A DNA stretch of 64,000 nucleotides from Octopus vulgaris (GCA_951406725.2 OX597838.1:19530001-19594000), one strand, 5' to 3'; shown: positions 1 to 13,169, counted from the first letter of the stretch. The notes: a model not told the origin generated them from the sequence alone. A program made the numbers and translations.

Positions 1-411
1 GTTAAGCCGGAAGAAATACCGTCAAGTATTTTGTCCGTGTGCAACCTTAGAATTTAATAGATTAATAGCGTATCATTGTCTTGTTCCGCGACACAATTTG
101 TACGCACATTCGCTACGGAAATAGTAACAAAATGTATCAAATTTATAAGAAAAAAATAAGGGTTCAACAAAAGAGAAATTAAAGGAAATTTTGATGGATC
201 TTAGTATAAACTAAAAGTTTTAAATTCTGGCACCCTCAGTCACAATTAGTGACGATAAAATTTTTACTTTATGATATTATATTGCGCTTGGCTGTATAAA
301 TCAATTTTTAATATACGCATTAGCATTTCGCTCAATCAACCATTTATTTTTGTGGTAAAAAAATATATACACTGAGGTGCGGTTTAGCCAAACCCTCGAG
401 CGTTTGAGTTG

Positions 412-462
412 TCACTACCGACGAGCCTACAACTGATAGGCGAAACTAGTTTAGTCTAGTGA
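412..462 (+). ncRNA. Type I hammerhead ribozyme motif (U4C core variant)
   Basis: TCACTA-CCGACGA-GCCTA(caactga)TAGGC-GAAA-CTA(gtt)TAG-TC-TAGTGA. Stems I, II and III all pair; predicted GUC cleavage after 456. Lies between two ~60-bp direct repeats (230-288 and 580-638). Confidence 0.7.
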
Positions 463-646
463 TCCTAGAGACTCTCATGGGGCGGTTATCTCCCCCGTCA
501 ATGTATATATATATATGTTTGCGCGCTTCTTACAGCATTAATAGCTTTTAACTCTTATTTCTTGCAATATAAGTGGTTCGGCACCCTCATTCACAATTAA
601 TGACGATAAAATGTTTACTTTATGGTATTATATTGCGCCTCCAACT

Positions 647-686
<40 letters not shown>

Positions 687-833
687 GCCTGGCGTCTTCT
701 AACATTTGATGAGACGACGTGTCGTACTCGCCTACGAAATTTTGGGTCATGTGAAGATGAGTCAGACAGGTATTAAACAAAAACGTGACTTCTACGAAAT
801 GTGTTGAGAGTCACTTTCTTTTGGTTGATCACT

Positions 834-874
<41 letters not shown>

Positions 875-989
875 AGAGAGAGAGAGAGAGAGAAGAAAGA
901 GAGAGGGAGGTGGATAAACGAGAGAGATTTATACGCTTGTTTTTATTCAAGAGAATGTATATAAGTATATATCCGCAGAAATGTGACAA

Positions 990-1545
990 AAATGAACTTT
1001 TTTTTGTAAATATAATTTGCATCGTCACGACATAATGTCCAACAATAGTCAGCCATCTTGCTTTCATTCCAGAATCTTTGATTGATAGCTTCAATGGATT
1101 TAATATCTCTCTTCGTTCATCATCAACGGCACAAATATATTTAGGAGAGAAATCTAGTTGTGAATGTGAAAAAAATGTAATTTAAGAGAGATCTGATAAA
1201 ACATACCTTTGAGAGCCTCAAATAGATTGTTAAACTCTGTTTCGAAAAGAAAATCTGTAATTTCCTAAGAAGATAACACAGAACCATTTGAAGGCATGCC
1301 AAGCTTTAGACTCAGGTACTAAGGGCGTTGTACTAAATGTCTTATCTTTTAATACCCTTCGGTTCTATAAAACTGTTTCTCCTTCATTTTTGAAGGAACT
1401 GATTGCAGAAATATTTCTGGAAGAAAATAATATTCCTTTGAACTTTTTTTTTATTATTCACAACCTTAAATATTTTCATTAAACCAAGCTCTCTATGAAG
1501 AGATGGCAAAAATATTTTCTTTTGAAACTATTAAAATGTTACTTC
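990..1545 (-). pseudogene. Chapaev3-like (CMC superfamily) transposase fossil, C-terminal part
   Basis: Manual translation across frameshifts gives LPSLHRELGLMKIF ... ISLKLHF ... QRFWNESKMADYCWTLCRDD. This matches the LPPLHIKLGLMKQF / MSLKxHFLHSHLD / WxxxMMADYCW motifs of this family. Confidence 0.7.
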
Positions 1546-1819
1546 TTCCGGTGACACACGAAGGCCAGGTCAGCTATTTTCTTTATAATGGTTTCAAATG
1601 TTGGTACAAGGCCAGGGATTTTCTTACCACACAGCCACTTCTGCGCCTGTATACACTTTTAAGATTTGTAGTAATTTGTCACCACTATATTATAAAGTGA
1701 AGCAACCATATAAACATATTAAATAATGTTCTGGGTGAGCTTTATATTTTCTGGACATGTTAATAATTTCGTTGGGATGTACTATAATAGTAAAAGAAAA
1801 ATATATTTGTTAGAATTAA

Positions 1820-2198
1820 TGGATGGAAGCACTCCGTCGGTTACGACGACGAGGGTTACGGTTGATCCGAATCAACGGAACAGCCTGCTCGTGAAATTAA
1901 CGTGTAAGTGGCTGAGCACTCCACAGACACGTGCACCCTTAACGTAGTTCTCGGGGATATTCAGCGTGACACAGAGTGACAAGGCCGGCCCTTTGAAATA
2001 CAGGTACAACAGGAAGTAAGAGTGAGAGAAAGTTGTGGTGAAATAGTACAGCAGGGATCACCACCATCCCTGCCGGAGCCTCGTGGAGCTTTTAGGTGTT
2101 TTCGCTCAATGAACACTCACAACGCCCGGTCTGGGAATCGAAACCGCGATCCTACGACCGCGAGTCCGCTGCCCTAACCACTGGGCCATTGCGCCTCT
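1820..2198 (-). mobile_element. tRNA-derived SINE: family C head with family D tail
   Basis: A box TGGCCCAGTGG and B box GGTTTCGATTCCC. Head is shared with 10380-10680; the 3' half is shared with 22365-22675. Confidence 0.8.
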
Positions 2199-2393
2199 AC
2201 TTGTTAGAATTATATAGCGGATGACTAATCATAATTATGCATTTATTAGAATATTTAAAGATCAGAAAAACCCAATTTGTGTCTTAGATAGTCAAATGAA
2301 ACCGCTCCCGCTAAAATTGGGCATATCTTGAAAAATATATAAGTGCGAAGGAAACACACAAAATAAATTTGATATCAATGTAAAATAAAAAAT

Positions 2394-2768
2394 AACAAGA
2401 GGACCCAGAGAGCGCAAACCTCCGCCAAGGTAACACCAACGTCCTCTCAACGATTAGCCGGAGATGATTTTTAAAATGAAAATATCCGAGATAAACTCGA
2501 CTGCTCTCACAAACGAGAATACTAAAAATGAATCCGACCGCTCTCAAAAATTAAGTAAAAATGCAGGAATAATAATCCAGAATCCTTGTCCGGCAGCGGA
2601 TCGATCGAAAAATCTAATCAGTTCGTGCCAGACACAAGGCCAAACATCCCTGAAAGTTTCATCCGAATCCATCCTGTGGTTCTTGAGATATCTGGTCCAC
2701 TGACAAACAAACAAACAAACATGTCTGAAAACAATACCTCCGTCTTCGCTAAGGCGGAGGTAATAAAA
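2394..2768. mobile_element. Non-autonomous Helentron/DINE-1-like (HINE) element
   Basis: Subterminal inverted motifs CCTCCGCCAAGG / CTAAGGCGGAGG, a terminal hairpin, a (CAAA)n tract and an A-rich end. Homologous copy at 24221-24550. Confidence 0.6.
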
Positions 2769-2970
2769 AAGGCGGCGAGCTGGCAAAATCGTTAGCTCAG
2801 CGGCATTCCGTCTGCCTGTACGTTCTGGGTTCAAATGCCGCCGGGGTCGACTTTGCCTTTCATCCTTTCTGGGTCGATAAAATAAGTATCACTTGGACTT
2901 TGTGGTTGATCTAATCGACTTAGCCCCTCTCTTAGAAATTGTTGACCTTGTGCCAAAACTGGAAACCAAT
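2769..2970 (+). mobile_element. SINE family B (central GACTTTGCCTTTCATCCTTTCGGGGTCGATAA domain)
   Basis: Same head and core as 8563-8784 and 20477-20712. The core resembles the Meta/Sauria-type SINE domain. Confidence 0.75.
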
Positions 2971-3039
2971 ATCAAAGCAAAAAAAAAAAAAAATACTTAA
3001 AATACATGGAGAATAATTTCTAATGAGAATTACTTGTTG

Positions 3040-3470
3040 AACTGTGTGTTGTCTAAGTTTAATATTACAAGGGCTGAATCAGTGTATTACCGCTCTTGCT
3101 GCCAATATGAAAAAAAAAAAGCTTTGAATCAATGCTACGTTTGTTCGTAACCAAAAGTAAAATAAAACCACAAACACAGCATTGTACATTTTCCAACACT
3201 GCGTGAACAGAAACCAGAATCAATGGTGGAATATGCTACAGAGTATTTCAATCTTTTGGATCAATTTCAAAAGATGTTTCGAGATTTATAAAATCATGAG
3301 TTCCAGCTACGTATATGTGAAGTTCTTTTTGATGTAATGCCAGATGAAGCTCCCGATTCCTTGCGACTCGAGTTAATTCATTTAAAATCGGATAAATTGA
3401 ATAGTTTATCTATTTTGGATTTTTTTATAAATCCTATTCAGATATCGAAAAATACCTATTTTTGTATCAT
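3040..3470 (+). pseudogene. hAT (Charlie/GTF2IRD2-like) transposase fragment
   Basis: LQGLNQ...HFPTL...EY...FQKMFRDL...DEAPDSLRLELIHLKSD matches the LQGK..HFPTL..F..RF.DF..AP..LQMELIELQ.D pattern. Contains stops and frameshifts. Confidence 0.7.
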
Positions 3471-3492
3471 CGTTTTTTTTTTTTTTTTTTTT

Positions 3493-4434
3493 CTGCTGCT
3501 GCTTACCAATATGAACTACTTTTTTCCCCCCAGCGTAAAATTTACTCAGTGGAGGCACATGGCCTAGTGGTTAGAACAGCAGACTCGCGATCGAAGGATC
3601 GCGGATTCGAATCTCAGACCGGGCGATGTGTGTATTTATGAGCGAAATACCTAAGCTCCACGCGGCTCCTGCAGAAGGTAATGGCGAACTTCTGCTGACC
3701 CTTTCGCAGCAACTTTCTCTCACTCTTTCCTCTTGCAGCTCACCTGCGTCGGACCGTATCACCGTTTTTTTTCCTGCTGCTTACCAATATGAACTATTTT
3801 TTTTTATCCCCAGCGTAAAATTTACTCAGTGGAGGCACATGGCCTAGTGGTTAAAGCAGCGGACTCGCGGTCGAGGGATCGCGGGTTCGAATCTCAGACC
3901 GGGCGATGTGTGTATTTATGAGCGAAATACCTAAGCTCCACGCGGCTTCGGCAGAAGGTAATGGCGAACTTCTGCTGACCCTTTCGCAGTAACTTTCTCT
4001 CACTCTTTCCTCCTGCATTTTGCAGCTCACCTGCGACAGACCGTATCACCGTTTTTTGGGGATTTTTTCTGCTGCTTACTAATATGAACTATTTTTTTTT
4101 CCCAGCGTAAAATTTACTCAGTGGAGGCACATGGCCTAGTGGTTAGAGCAGCGGACTCGCGGTCGAGGGATCGCGGGTTCGAATCTCAGACCGGGCGGTG
4201 TGTGTATTTATGAGCGAAACACCTAAGCTCCTCGGGGCTCCGGCAGAAGGTAATGGCGAACTTCTGCTGACCCTTTCGCCGCAACTTTCTCTCACTCTTT
4301 CTTCCTGCATCTTGCAGCTCACCTGCGACGGACCGGCATCCCGTCCAGGTGGGGAACCTATACGCCAAGAAAACCGGGAAAGCGGCCCTTATGAGCCAGG
4401 CATGACTCGAAAAGGAACAAACAAAATTTACTCA
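3493..4434 (+). repeat. Tandem triplication (~280-290 bp) of a SINE head plus flank; third copy is a full SINE (4122-4422)
   Basis: GGAGGCACATGGCCTAGTGG at 3551, 3831 and 4123. AAAATTTACTCA flanks the full copy on both sides (target-site duplication). Confidence 0.85.
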
Positions 4435-5384
4435 ACAACCACACGCATGCCTCAGTGGAGCTACACACAAGAACCCTTTGTGGTATTTAGTTCTTAGTTC
4501 GAATCCTGCTAAGGTAGAATTAATCTCTCATTCTTTGAGAGACGATAAATGAAAGCGCCAGTTAAATACTGGGATCGATACGATTGACCATATCCTTTTA
4601 CCAAAATTTGGATCCATGTATCTATGTTAAAAATCAATCTTGCAAACGAACTAAGAATATTCGCATCAACAGTTCCTCATCTTATATCTCTGAACTTTCC
4701 AATAACTCTATGCAAAACACTATCGACTTTCTATCCAAAACACTTTCTAAAGCAGAACCAACCTTCTTATTAAAACGCACAAGAAATTTCGAATTCGAGT
4801 GTGTTTTATCTGTTACTTGTTTTACTCAGTGAATTGGGGCCATACTGGGGCACCGTCTTGAAGGGTTTCAATTAAATGAGCCGGCTCCAGTACTTTTTTT
4901 AAAGGCTGGTTCTTATTCTATCGAATCCCTTTTATTTTTTTATTACCCACAAGGGGCTAAATATAGAGAGGACAAACTAGGACAGACAAGGGGATTAAGT
5001 CGATTACCTGATAAACTAAGTACCAGTTGCGTACTGGGGTCGATCTAATCGACTGGCCCTATCCCCAAAAATTCGGGCCTTGTGCCTAGCGTAGAAAAGA
5101 TTATAAACCATACCTTTACGTCCTGAGTTCAAATTTCGCCGAGTTCGATTTTACCTTTCATCCTTTCGGGTCGATGAAATAAATACCAGTTGGGCATTGG
5201 GGGTCGATGTAACTGATTTATCCCTACCCCGAATTTGCTGGCTTTGTGTCAAAATTGAACCACCCGTAAAAGTAGGGCGTGTGATTGCCAACAGCCGTGT
5301 CATAGTTTCGCTGTCACTGTTCAGTAGAGTAGGTCAGACCTATGTCCAAAGACACGGTATAACTCAAACTATATTTGATAAGAG

Positions 5385-5684
5385 TGGAGGCACATGGCCT
5401 AGTGGTTAGAGCAGCGGACTCGCGGTCGAGGGATCGCGGGTTCGAATCTCAGACCGGGCGATGTGTGTGTTTATGAGCGAAACACCTAAGTTCCACGCGG
5501 CTCCGGCAGAAGGTAATGACGAGCTTCTGCTGACTCTTTCGCCAAAACTTTCTCTCACTCTTTCCTCCTGGATCTTGCAGCTCACCTGCAACGTACCGGC
5601 GTCCCGTCCAGGTGGGGAACCTATACGCCAAGGAAACCGGGAAACCGGCCCTAATGAGCCAGGCATGGCTCGAGAAGGAACAAA
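5385..5684 (+). mobile_element. tRNA-derived SINE, same subfamily as 4122-4422
   Basis: A box TGGCCTAGTGG and B box GGTTCGAATCTC; colinear with 4122-4422. Confidence 0.85.
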
Positions 5685-5864
5685 TATATTTGCTTCTGTC
5701 GGTCCAGCACTGTAGAAGAAGACACATTCCCTATGTACCAAGCAAAGGTTTTGAACCCTGAATCCGAAACCATGCGGCTGGAATGCAAACTTCTTACCAC
5801 ACAGCCACACATGCGCCTATGTGTTATGGAAAATTTCCATCATTAATTTTGTCTTTTTATTATA

Positions 5865-6665
5865 AACCATACCTGATAAATTAAGTACCAGATGCGTAAT
5901 GGGGTCAATCTAATCTACTGGCCCATCCCTCAAAATTTCGGGCCTTGTGCCTAGAGTAGAAAAGATTATAAACGATACCATTACGTCCTGAGTTTAAATT
6001 CCGCCGAGTTCGATTTTGCCTTTCATCCTTTCGAGTCGATAAAATAAATACCAGTTGGATATTGGGGTCGATGTAACTGATTTATCCCTACTGGCCCCCT
6101 CCTCAAAATTTCGGGCCTTGTGCCTAGAGTAGAAAAGATTATAAACCATACCTTTACGTCCTGAGTTTAAATTCCGCCGAGTTCGATTTTGCCTTTCATC
6201 TTTTCGAGTCGATAAAATAAATACCAGTTGGATATTGGGGTCGATGTAACTGATTTATCCCTACTGGCCCCCTCCCTCAAAATTTCGGGCCTTGTGCCTA
6301 GAGTAGAAAAGATTATAAACCATACCTTTACGTCCTGAGTTTAAATTCCGCCGAGTTCGATTTTGCCTTTCATCCTTTCGAGTCGATAAAATAAATACCA
6401 GTTGGATATTGGGGTCGATGTAACTGATTTATTCCTACTGGCCCCTGCCTCAAAATTTCGGGCCTTGTGCCTAGAGTAGAAAAGATTATAAACCATACCT
6501 TTACGTCCTGAGTTTAAATTCCGCCGAGTTCGATTTTGCCTTTCATCCTTTCGAGTTGATAAAATAAATACCAGTTGGATATTGGGGTCGATGTAACTGA
6601 TTTATCCCTACTGGCCCCCTCCCTCAAAATTTCGGGCCTTGTGCCTAGAGTAGAAAAGTTTATAA
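5865..6665 (+). repeat. SINE-derived minisatellite, 173-174 bp unit, about 4.5 copies
   Basis: CTAGAGTAGAAAAG recurs at 5951, 6124, 6298, 6471 and 6645. The unit is made of SINE family B core and tail. Confidence 0.9.
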
Positions 6666-6873
6666 GCTATACCTTTACAATATATCTATTGTTCTCCCTT
6701 TTCTCTCTTTTTTTTAAGCGGTAGAGAGTGTTTGTGAGAGATTTGGCAGCTATTTCATGCTGATCTCGCACAACAGAGGAATGGAACTTGGAAAGGAAAC
6801 TTAATAAAACGTGACATGGCATCGATTTCTGTGTTTCATTGATATCTTGACAAACGAGCATGTTTTTCTCAGC

Positions 6874-7380
6874 AGTATGTATGTATGTATGTATGTATGT
6901 ATGTATGTACGTATGGATGGATGGATGTATGTTTGTACGTATGTATGTGTGTATGTGTGTGTGTATGTATGTGTGTATGTGTGTGTGTATGTATGTATGT
7001 ATGTGTGTGTGTGTATGTATGTATGTATGTATGTATGTATGCATGTATGTATGTATGTATGTACGTATGGATGGATGTATGTATGTATGTATGTATGTAT
7101 GTATGTATGTATGTATGTATGTGTGTGTGTATGTATGTATGCATATGTGTATGCATGTATGTATGTATGTATGTATGTATGTATGTGTGTATATGTGTAT
7201 GTATGTATGTATGTATGTATGTATGTGTGTATGTATGTATGTATGTGTGTGTGTGTATGTATGTATGCATATGTGTATGTATGTATGTATGTATGTATGT
7301 ATGTATGTATGTATGTATGTATGTATGTATGTATGCATGTATGTATGTATGTGTGTGTGTATGTATGTGTGTGTGTGTGC
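6874..7380. repeat. (ATGT)n/(GT)n compound microsatellite
   Basis: Direct reading; source of the YVCM/HTYI pseudo-ORFs. Confidence 0.95.
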
Positions 7381-7385
7381 GTATA

Positions 7386-7600
7386 CTTTACTTGTTCCAG
7401 TCATTTCGCTGCGGCCATGCTGGAGCACCGACTGGAAGGGTTTTAGCCGAATAACTTGACCTCGGGACTTTATTTTAAAGCCTGGTATTTATTCTACAGG
7501 TCCCTTTTGCCGAACCGCTAAGTTACAGGGACGTAAGCACACCAACACCAGTTGTCAAGCGGTAATGTGGGGACAAACGCAGACACAAAGACACACATAG
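7386..7600 (-). mobile_element. SINE family A, 3' part, followed by (ATCT)n to ~7755
   Basis: GCGGCCATGCTGGAGCACCG...GCCGAACCGCTAAGTTAC is shared with full copies such as 22999-23412. Confidence 0.8.
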
Positions 7601-7667
<67 letters not shown>

Positions 7668-7673
7668 CATCTT

Positions 7674-7754
<81 letters not shown>

Positions 7755-8562
7755 AAACCAGAGTAAGCACATGAATGTGAAACAAGATGAAAAAATAGTA
7801 CTCGAATACCGGAGGCAGAGTAATATGCTTTATTAATAAAGCTGCAAAGACCTCACAAAAACTGTTACTCAGTGTTCCACGTTGCCATTCGTTGGGCTTT
7901 TTTGGTCATATATATACGTGCGTATATGTGTGCGTTTACACTTTTTACCCAACACCCCTAAGAGGTTAATACAGATCCATGTTGGTCAATTAATTCCGAT
8001 TGGTTAATGTGTGAGTGGTGGAGGCACATGGCCTAGTGGTTAGAGCAGGGATCACGGGTTCGAATCTCAGACCGGGCGATGTGTGTGTTTATGAGGGAAA
8101 CACCTCAGCTCTAGGGCTCGCAAAAAAACCCGATTATTCCCAAAACCGAGTTTAAGTATAAGTAATTCTCAAAAAAACACTTCTGTCAAAGTGCGTTTAC
8201 CTGCGGGTGGAAACCACGTATGAAAACTGTTTCAAACGAAACGTTACCATGAATTTATTCACCCCCAGGGCTTCTGCACTTTACCCCAAATCTCGTCATT
8301 TCCGATTTCCAGGAATGACGAATTCCAGGAAATTGAGACAACCGTGCTGTGACACATTCTTTTCTTGACACATCAGCACGAAGGATATCGGCGTATTTTG
8401 TCGATTCAATTCTTTTAGAATAGAAACAAACGCATTGACTTCTACAGAGATCAACACTGCATCCATTCGACCTAGTTTTCCAACTCCGTTCTAACTGGTT
8501 CCAATACTGAAGAGCATTAAATTGTCTAGAAAGTGAAGAGGTTTCAGTCTTTCACTTTCAAT

Positions 8563-8784
8563 AAGGCAGCGAACTGGCAGAAACGTTAGCACGCCGGGCG
8601 AAATGCGTAGCCGTAACGTTCTGAGTTCAAATTCCGCCGAGGTCGACTTTGCCTTTCATCCTTTCGGGGTCGATAAATTAAGTACCTGTTACGCACTGGG
8701 GTCGATGTAATCGACTTAATCCCTTTGTCTGTCCTTGTTTGTCCCCTCTATGTTTAGCCCCTTGTGGATAATAAAGAAATAGGT
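8563..8784 (+). mobile_element. SINE family B, full copy
   Basis: AAGGCAGCGAACTGGCAGAAACGTTAGC head, GAGTTCAAATTCC B-box-like motif and the family core. Confidence 0.85.
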
Positions 8785-8789
8785 ATACA

Positions 8790-8943
8790 CTCATTAAAAA
8801 TTCAAATACGCCATTCGTCAAAAACTGCTGCCATTCCACATGAAATGTCCCATCGAATTATGGACAACTTTCGTGAACGCCTTCGACAGTGTGTGGACCT
8901 GAACAGCACCCACTTGACTGATTTAATTCTTAAAACCAAATGA
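8790..8943 (+). pseudogene. Tc1/mariner (maT/rosa-type) transposase C-terminal fragment
   Basis: KYAIRQK / AAIPHEMSHRIMDNFRERLRQCVDLNSTHLTDLILKTK* (one frameshift) resembles the LK.AIR.EIAAIP.EM..RV..NF..RL..C....G.HL..IIFKT end of these transposases. Confidence 0.65.
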
Positions 8944-9129
8944 AGCAAACTGGCATTATATGTACATTTCGTAAAAAAAAAAAAAAAAAAAAAAAAAAAC
9001 AGTTTTCGTTCTTTACTCAGTTTATTGGTTGTCAGCATCATATCCTTGATGGAGTTCTTCGAGTTGTAATGGATAATGAATTTGGGAGAAAAAAAGTCAT
9101 CTCCCAATACTGAATATACATTCATCTCA

Positions 9130-10090
9130 GAGCTTCTAATTAATTAGGAGAAACTCCAGGTTAATATTAATAATAGTGAAGAAAAGATTACTGAGTCAGT
9201 GGGATGACAAGATGACATGAAATTTCTATTGCATTTGACCAGAGTTTTTCGGTTTTTTTAAGAAACCGGCAAATTTCCTACAGTAAAGTTTCAAAAAAAT
9301 ACCCAACATAAGTAATGAAAGATGGAATTCTCGAGCAATACTACTCTTTTGGCATTTATTCTTCTACCAGAGAAAAGAGTTTTGCTTCTCAATGTTTGTC
9401 GATTCATCTCTTACAGATGGGCAGATTTTTGGTTTACTGACCAAATGTTCAATGCACATGATTATCAGAAGTTATGTGGAAGTCTGCAAGTTCATAAAAA
9501 GATTTTACATTGAAATCTGTAAAATCTTTTGGAGTCGAGAAGCATAAAAACTGGAAATTCGCAGAACAAATCAGATTGCAGAACGGGCAATCAAGTTCCT
9601 TCAAGATCTTTATGATGTTTGTAAAAAGAAGGAGAATACTCAGCTTCGATTTATTTTATCTAACAAAACATATTAATTCTTTGTTGTCTAAAAGTTTGCT
9701 AGCATTCAACACCCTTTTCCTTATACAGTTATTTAAAACTGGAATTAAAGCTCTAAAGTTAAAAATATGTATGTTATCCAATGCTTGCAATGGACTCTGA
9801 CTTAAAATAGCCTATTTTTGAACCCTTGCATAGAGCAATTTCATGTCAGTAATCTTTAAAATGTATAAATACACTTTTATTCTACATCTCTCTTGCGTCT
9901 ACAAGGATTTAGGCAGCGGAAATACTGAAGTGTGAATCTAGTGCCACCTAGTGATTATAGTTTTAAAAGCCCGTAACTCCGGAACTACTTCAACTAGAAA
10001 GCTGAAATTTCAGATATACAATTTCTGCATTGTATTGAGTAAGCACACCAACTTTGGTAAAAACTAGAGCAGGCGTTATGACCCCAACCC
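9130..10090 (+). pseudogene. Decayed DNA-transposon transposase (RDD...ARW-type; hAT-related, subfamily unresolved)
   Basis: (R)DDMKFLLHL...KFQKIPNISNERWNSRAI..LLAFILL resembles RDDYxEL...F..PGA.H.ARWMAKAIY-type transposases. Many disruptions. Confidence 0.45.
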
Positions 10091-10266
10091 CACTAGAATT
10101 TTGCATGATTTTGTTCAAATGAGGTGATAGATTTCTTAAGTTGGGGGTGATGTGTTTTTCAAATAAAGTAAAATAAATGTTAGTTTCCAGACTATTATAA
10201 AATTATTCATCGAATTATTGTATAGGGTTATTAGGTTGTGAAAAAGTCATAACCCTAATATATACA

Positions 10267-10718
<452 letters not shown>

Positions 10719-11240
10719 GGCAGGCTCTTTCAAATTCCGCCTACCAAATCCACTGACAATGCCTGCTCAATGCTTAGTAGAAGACATTTGCCGAAGGTTC
10801 CACGCAGCAGGACTGAACGCAGAACAATGAGATTGGGAAGCTAACTTCTTACCACACAGCCACGCCAACACCCAGTAACATTGTAACTGCTTAAATTTTT
10901 CTCCGTCAGTGAGGTCTTCGGCAATACGAGATATTTCACTAAATTACATTTACTGCAGATCGACAAAATTGTTAACCAAATTCCTAATTGCATTATCCCA
11001 AAAGTTCTTTCGAATTCATCGTAGTCGCAGCAAGAGTCTTTAAGGTAAATTAGCTTAATCACAATTTGATTAAATATAATTGTAAAGAGCATCACAAACG
11101 GCCAAAGATCCCCACGAGCATAATGCTCACAATTAACATCATTAAGAAATTTAACAATAACACTTGCTCCGTCACGTAAAATAAATATTTTTAATCGTAT
11201 AAAGTAACTAACATATATATATATATATATATATATACAT

Positions 11241-11602
11241 AGGCGCAGGAGTAGCTGTGTGGTAAGTAGCTTGTTTACCAACCTCATGGTTCCGGGTTCA
11301 GTCCCACTGCGTGGCACCTTGGGCAACTCTCTTCTACTATAGCCTTGTGAGTGGATTTGGTAGACGGAAACTGAAAGAAGCCCGTCATATGCGTGTGTGT
11401 GTGTTGTGTGTTTGTGTTTGTCCCCCTAGCATTGCTTGACAACCGAAGCTGGTGTGTTTATGTCCCCGTTACTTAGCGGTTCGGCAAAAGAGTACTGGGC
11501 TTACAAAAGAATAAATCTCGGGGTCGAGTTGCTCGATTAAAGGCGGTACTCCAGCATGGCCGCAGTCAAATGACTGAAACAAGTAAAAGAGAGTAAAAGA
11601 GA
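11241..11602 (+). mobile_element. SINE family A (tRNA head, CORE-like CCTTGGGCAAG, long tail)
   Basis: Colinear with at least eight other copies in the window; A-rich (GTAAAAGA)n end. Confidence 0.85.
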
Positions 11603-11805
11603 ATATATATTAGAGGGAAACCACTATGTGGGCACCCTTATGCTAGAAATAGATCCGCTATGGTCTTATCACTAAGAAATGTTCTCAAGAAAAATTTAGC
11701 AAAACAACCAAATCGTAATCGAGCAAGACAAAAGAAAAAGCAATAAAAATATGGATTATTCGCATACATGTTTCACTATTAAAATTATATATATATATAT
11801 ATATA

Positions 11806-12191
11806 CTAGCAGTATCGCCCGGCGTTGCTCGGGTTTGTAAGGGAAATAACTATAAAGCATTTTTAGAGAGTTATAGCCAAAAAATAGCAAAAAAATGGAA
11901 AAAAAATTATGGTAAATTTTTTTTTGAGAGTTAAAACGGTCGAGTTGCGTCCCCTAGACAGTCTGTGGTTTGTGTTTCTGATTCTCGACCCCATGTCGAA
12001 TTTATCGATTTTTTTTCAGAACTGGGGGAACTTTTCAAAATTTTCTCTGCGTTAGTTTTGAATTATGACATTGGGCTATGTGTGTGTCAAGTTTCATCAG
12101 AATCGGTTGAAAGCCGTGGTCAGGGTGAGGGTACAACCTAACAGACACACAGAAACACACACAGACAAACTGCCGTTTATATAGAGAGAGA
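11806..12191 (-). mobile_element. Non-autonomous Helitron
   Basis: On the - strand: A|TC start, a subterminal hairpin CCCG-AGCAACGC-CGGG and a CTAG|T end, i.e. canonical Helitron termini in an AT target. Confidence 0.75.
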
Positions 12192-12624
12192 TTCTTTTAT
12201 TTGTTTCAGTCATTTGATTGCGGCCATGCTGGAGCACCGCCTTCAGTCGGTCGAGCAAATCGCCCCAGGACCTATTCTTTGTAAGCCTAATACTTATTCT
12301 ATTGATCTCGTTTTCAGAATAGCCATTGACTCTTCTGAGTTCCTGTGCCCTTTGCCGGGTATTGTTTTTAATTCTGCAGGGTGTCGAAAATCCGCTCTCC
12401 TCACCACACAAGCTTTGCGGGGTTGCCGGTTTAGTCACCGACGAATCGACGGTTTCACAACGCCGCTTGTTAATCATTCTGTTTAATTGTTTACTTGTTC
12501 ACTATTACAAGTTCACTATTACTACGATAATCCCTATCTTATCATTCAGTTGTTCACTACTATAGTTTACTTTATGGTAAACTTATTAGGTTATTTTTCT
12601 GTATTATTTGAAATAGAATACCCG

Positions 12625-13012
12625 CATATCGATTACTCCCCCAAAATTGAATAGACTGGGACCACGGGCCATACGTCCCCTGCCCAATTCAAGATCACAG
12701 CATACATGTACACTGCAACATAATTTCTTTTCCTCAACAGGCCCTGCCCTATTTAACATTGTCCCGAAAGAGATCAAAGAGGAAAAGGATCCCATCAACT
12801 TTAAACGGAGTCTGGATAGATTCCTTCAAGGAATACCAGATAAGCCACCCATAATTGGATACTACTCACCCAACAAAAACTCACTACTTGAATGGACCAT
12901 AAACAAAACTTGACTTAAACAGAATTCAAATAATCCTATCAGGTGGTGCTATTAAGTTAGACATGGCTTGGACCAATCTTTGGTCGAAACATATCTAAGT
13001 TTATCTAAGTTT
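12625..13012 (+). mobile_element. 5'-truncated LINE (CR1/L2-group-like): ORF2 C-terminus plus 3' UTR
   Basis: GPALFNIVPKEI...FKRSLDRFLQGIPDKP..GY...NSLLEW* is a typical LINE ORF2 end. Terminates in the tandem tail (ATCTAAGTTT)2. Confidence 0.7.
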
Positions 13013-13169
13013 ATATATATACTTGTGGCCATACATACATGCATACATACACATATATACATACATACATATATATAAATATATATATATGTGTGTATGT
13101 ATGTATGTATGTATGTATGTATGTATGTATGTATGTATGTATGTATGTATGTATGTATGTATGCATGTA

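Noticed and set aside
702-754. Hammerhead-like TTGATGA...GAAA...GTC with ACAT/ATGT stem I
   Set aside because: C3 is missing, and stems II and III do not pair convincingly.
4122-4200. tRNA-like sequences with A and B boxes (also 5385, 10380, 35153)
   Set aside because: These are SINE heads continuing into shared bodies and tails; no proper acceptor stem.
6667-7459. Long ORFs of YVCM/HTYI repeats (also 38042-38742, 45820-46852, 62419-63220)
   Set aside because: They are translations of (ATGT)n microsatellites, open in several frames on both strands.
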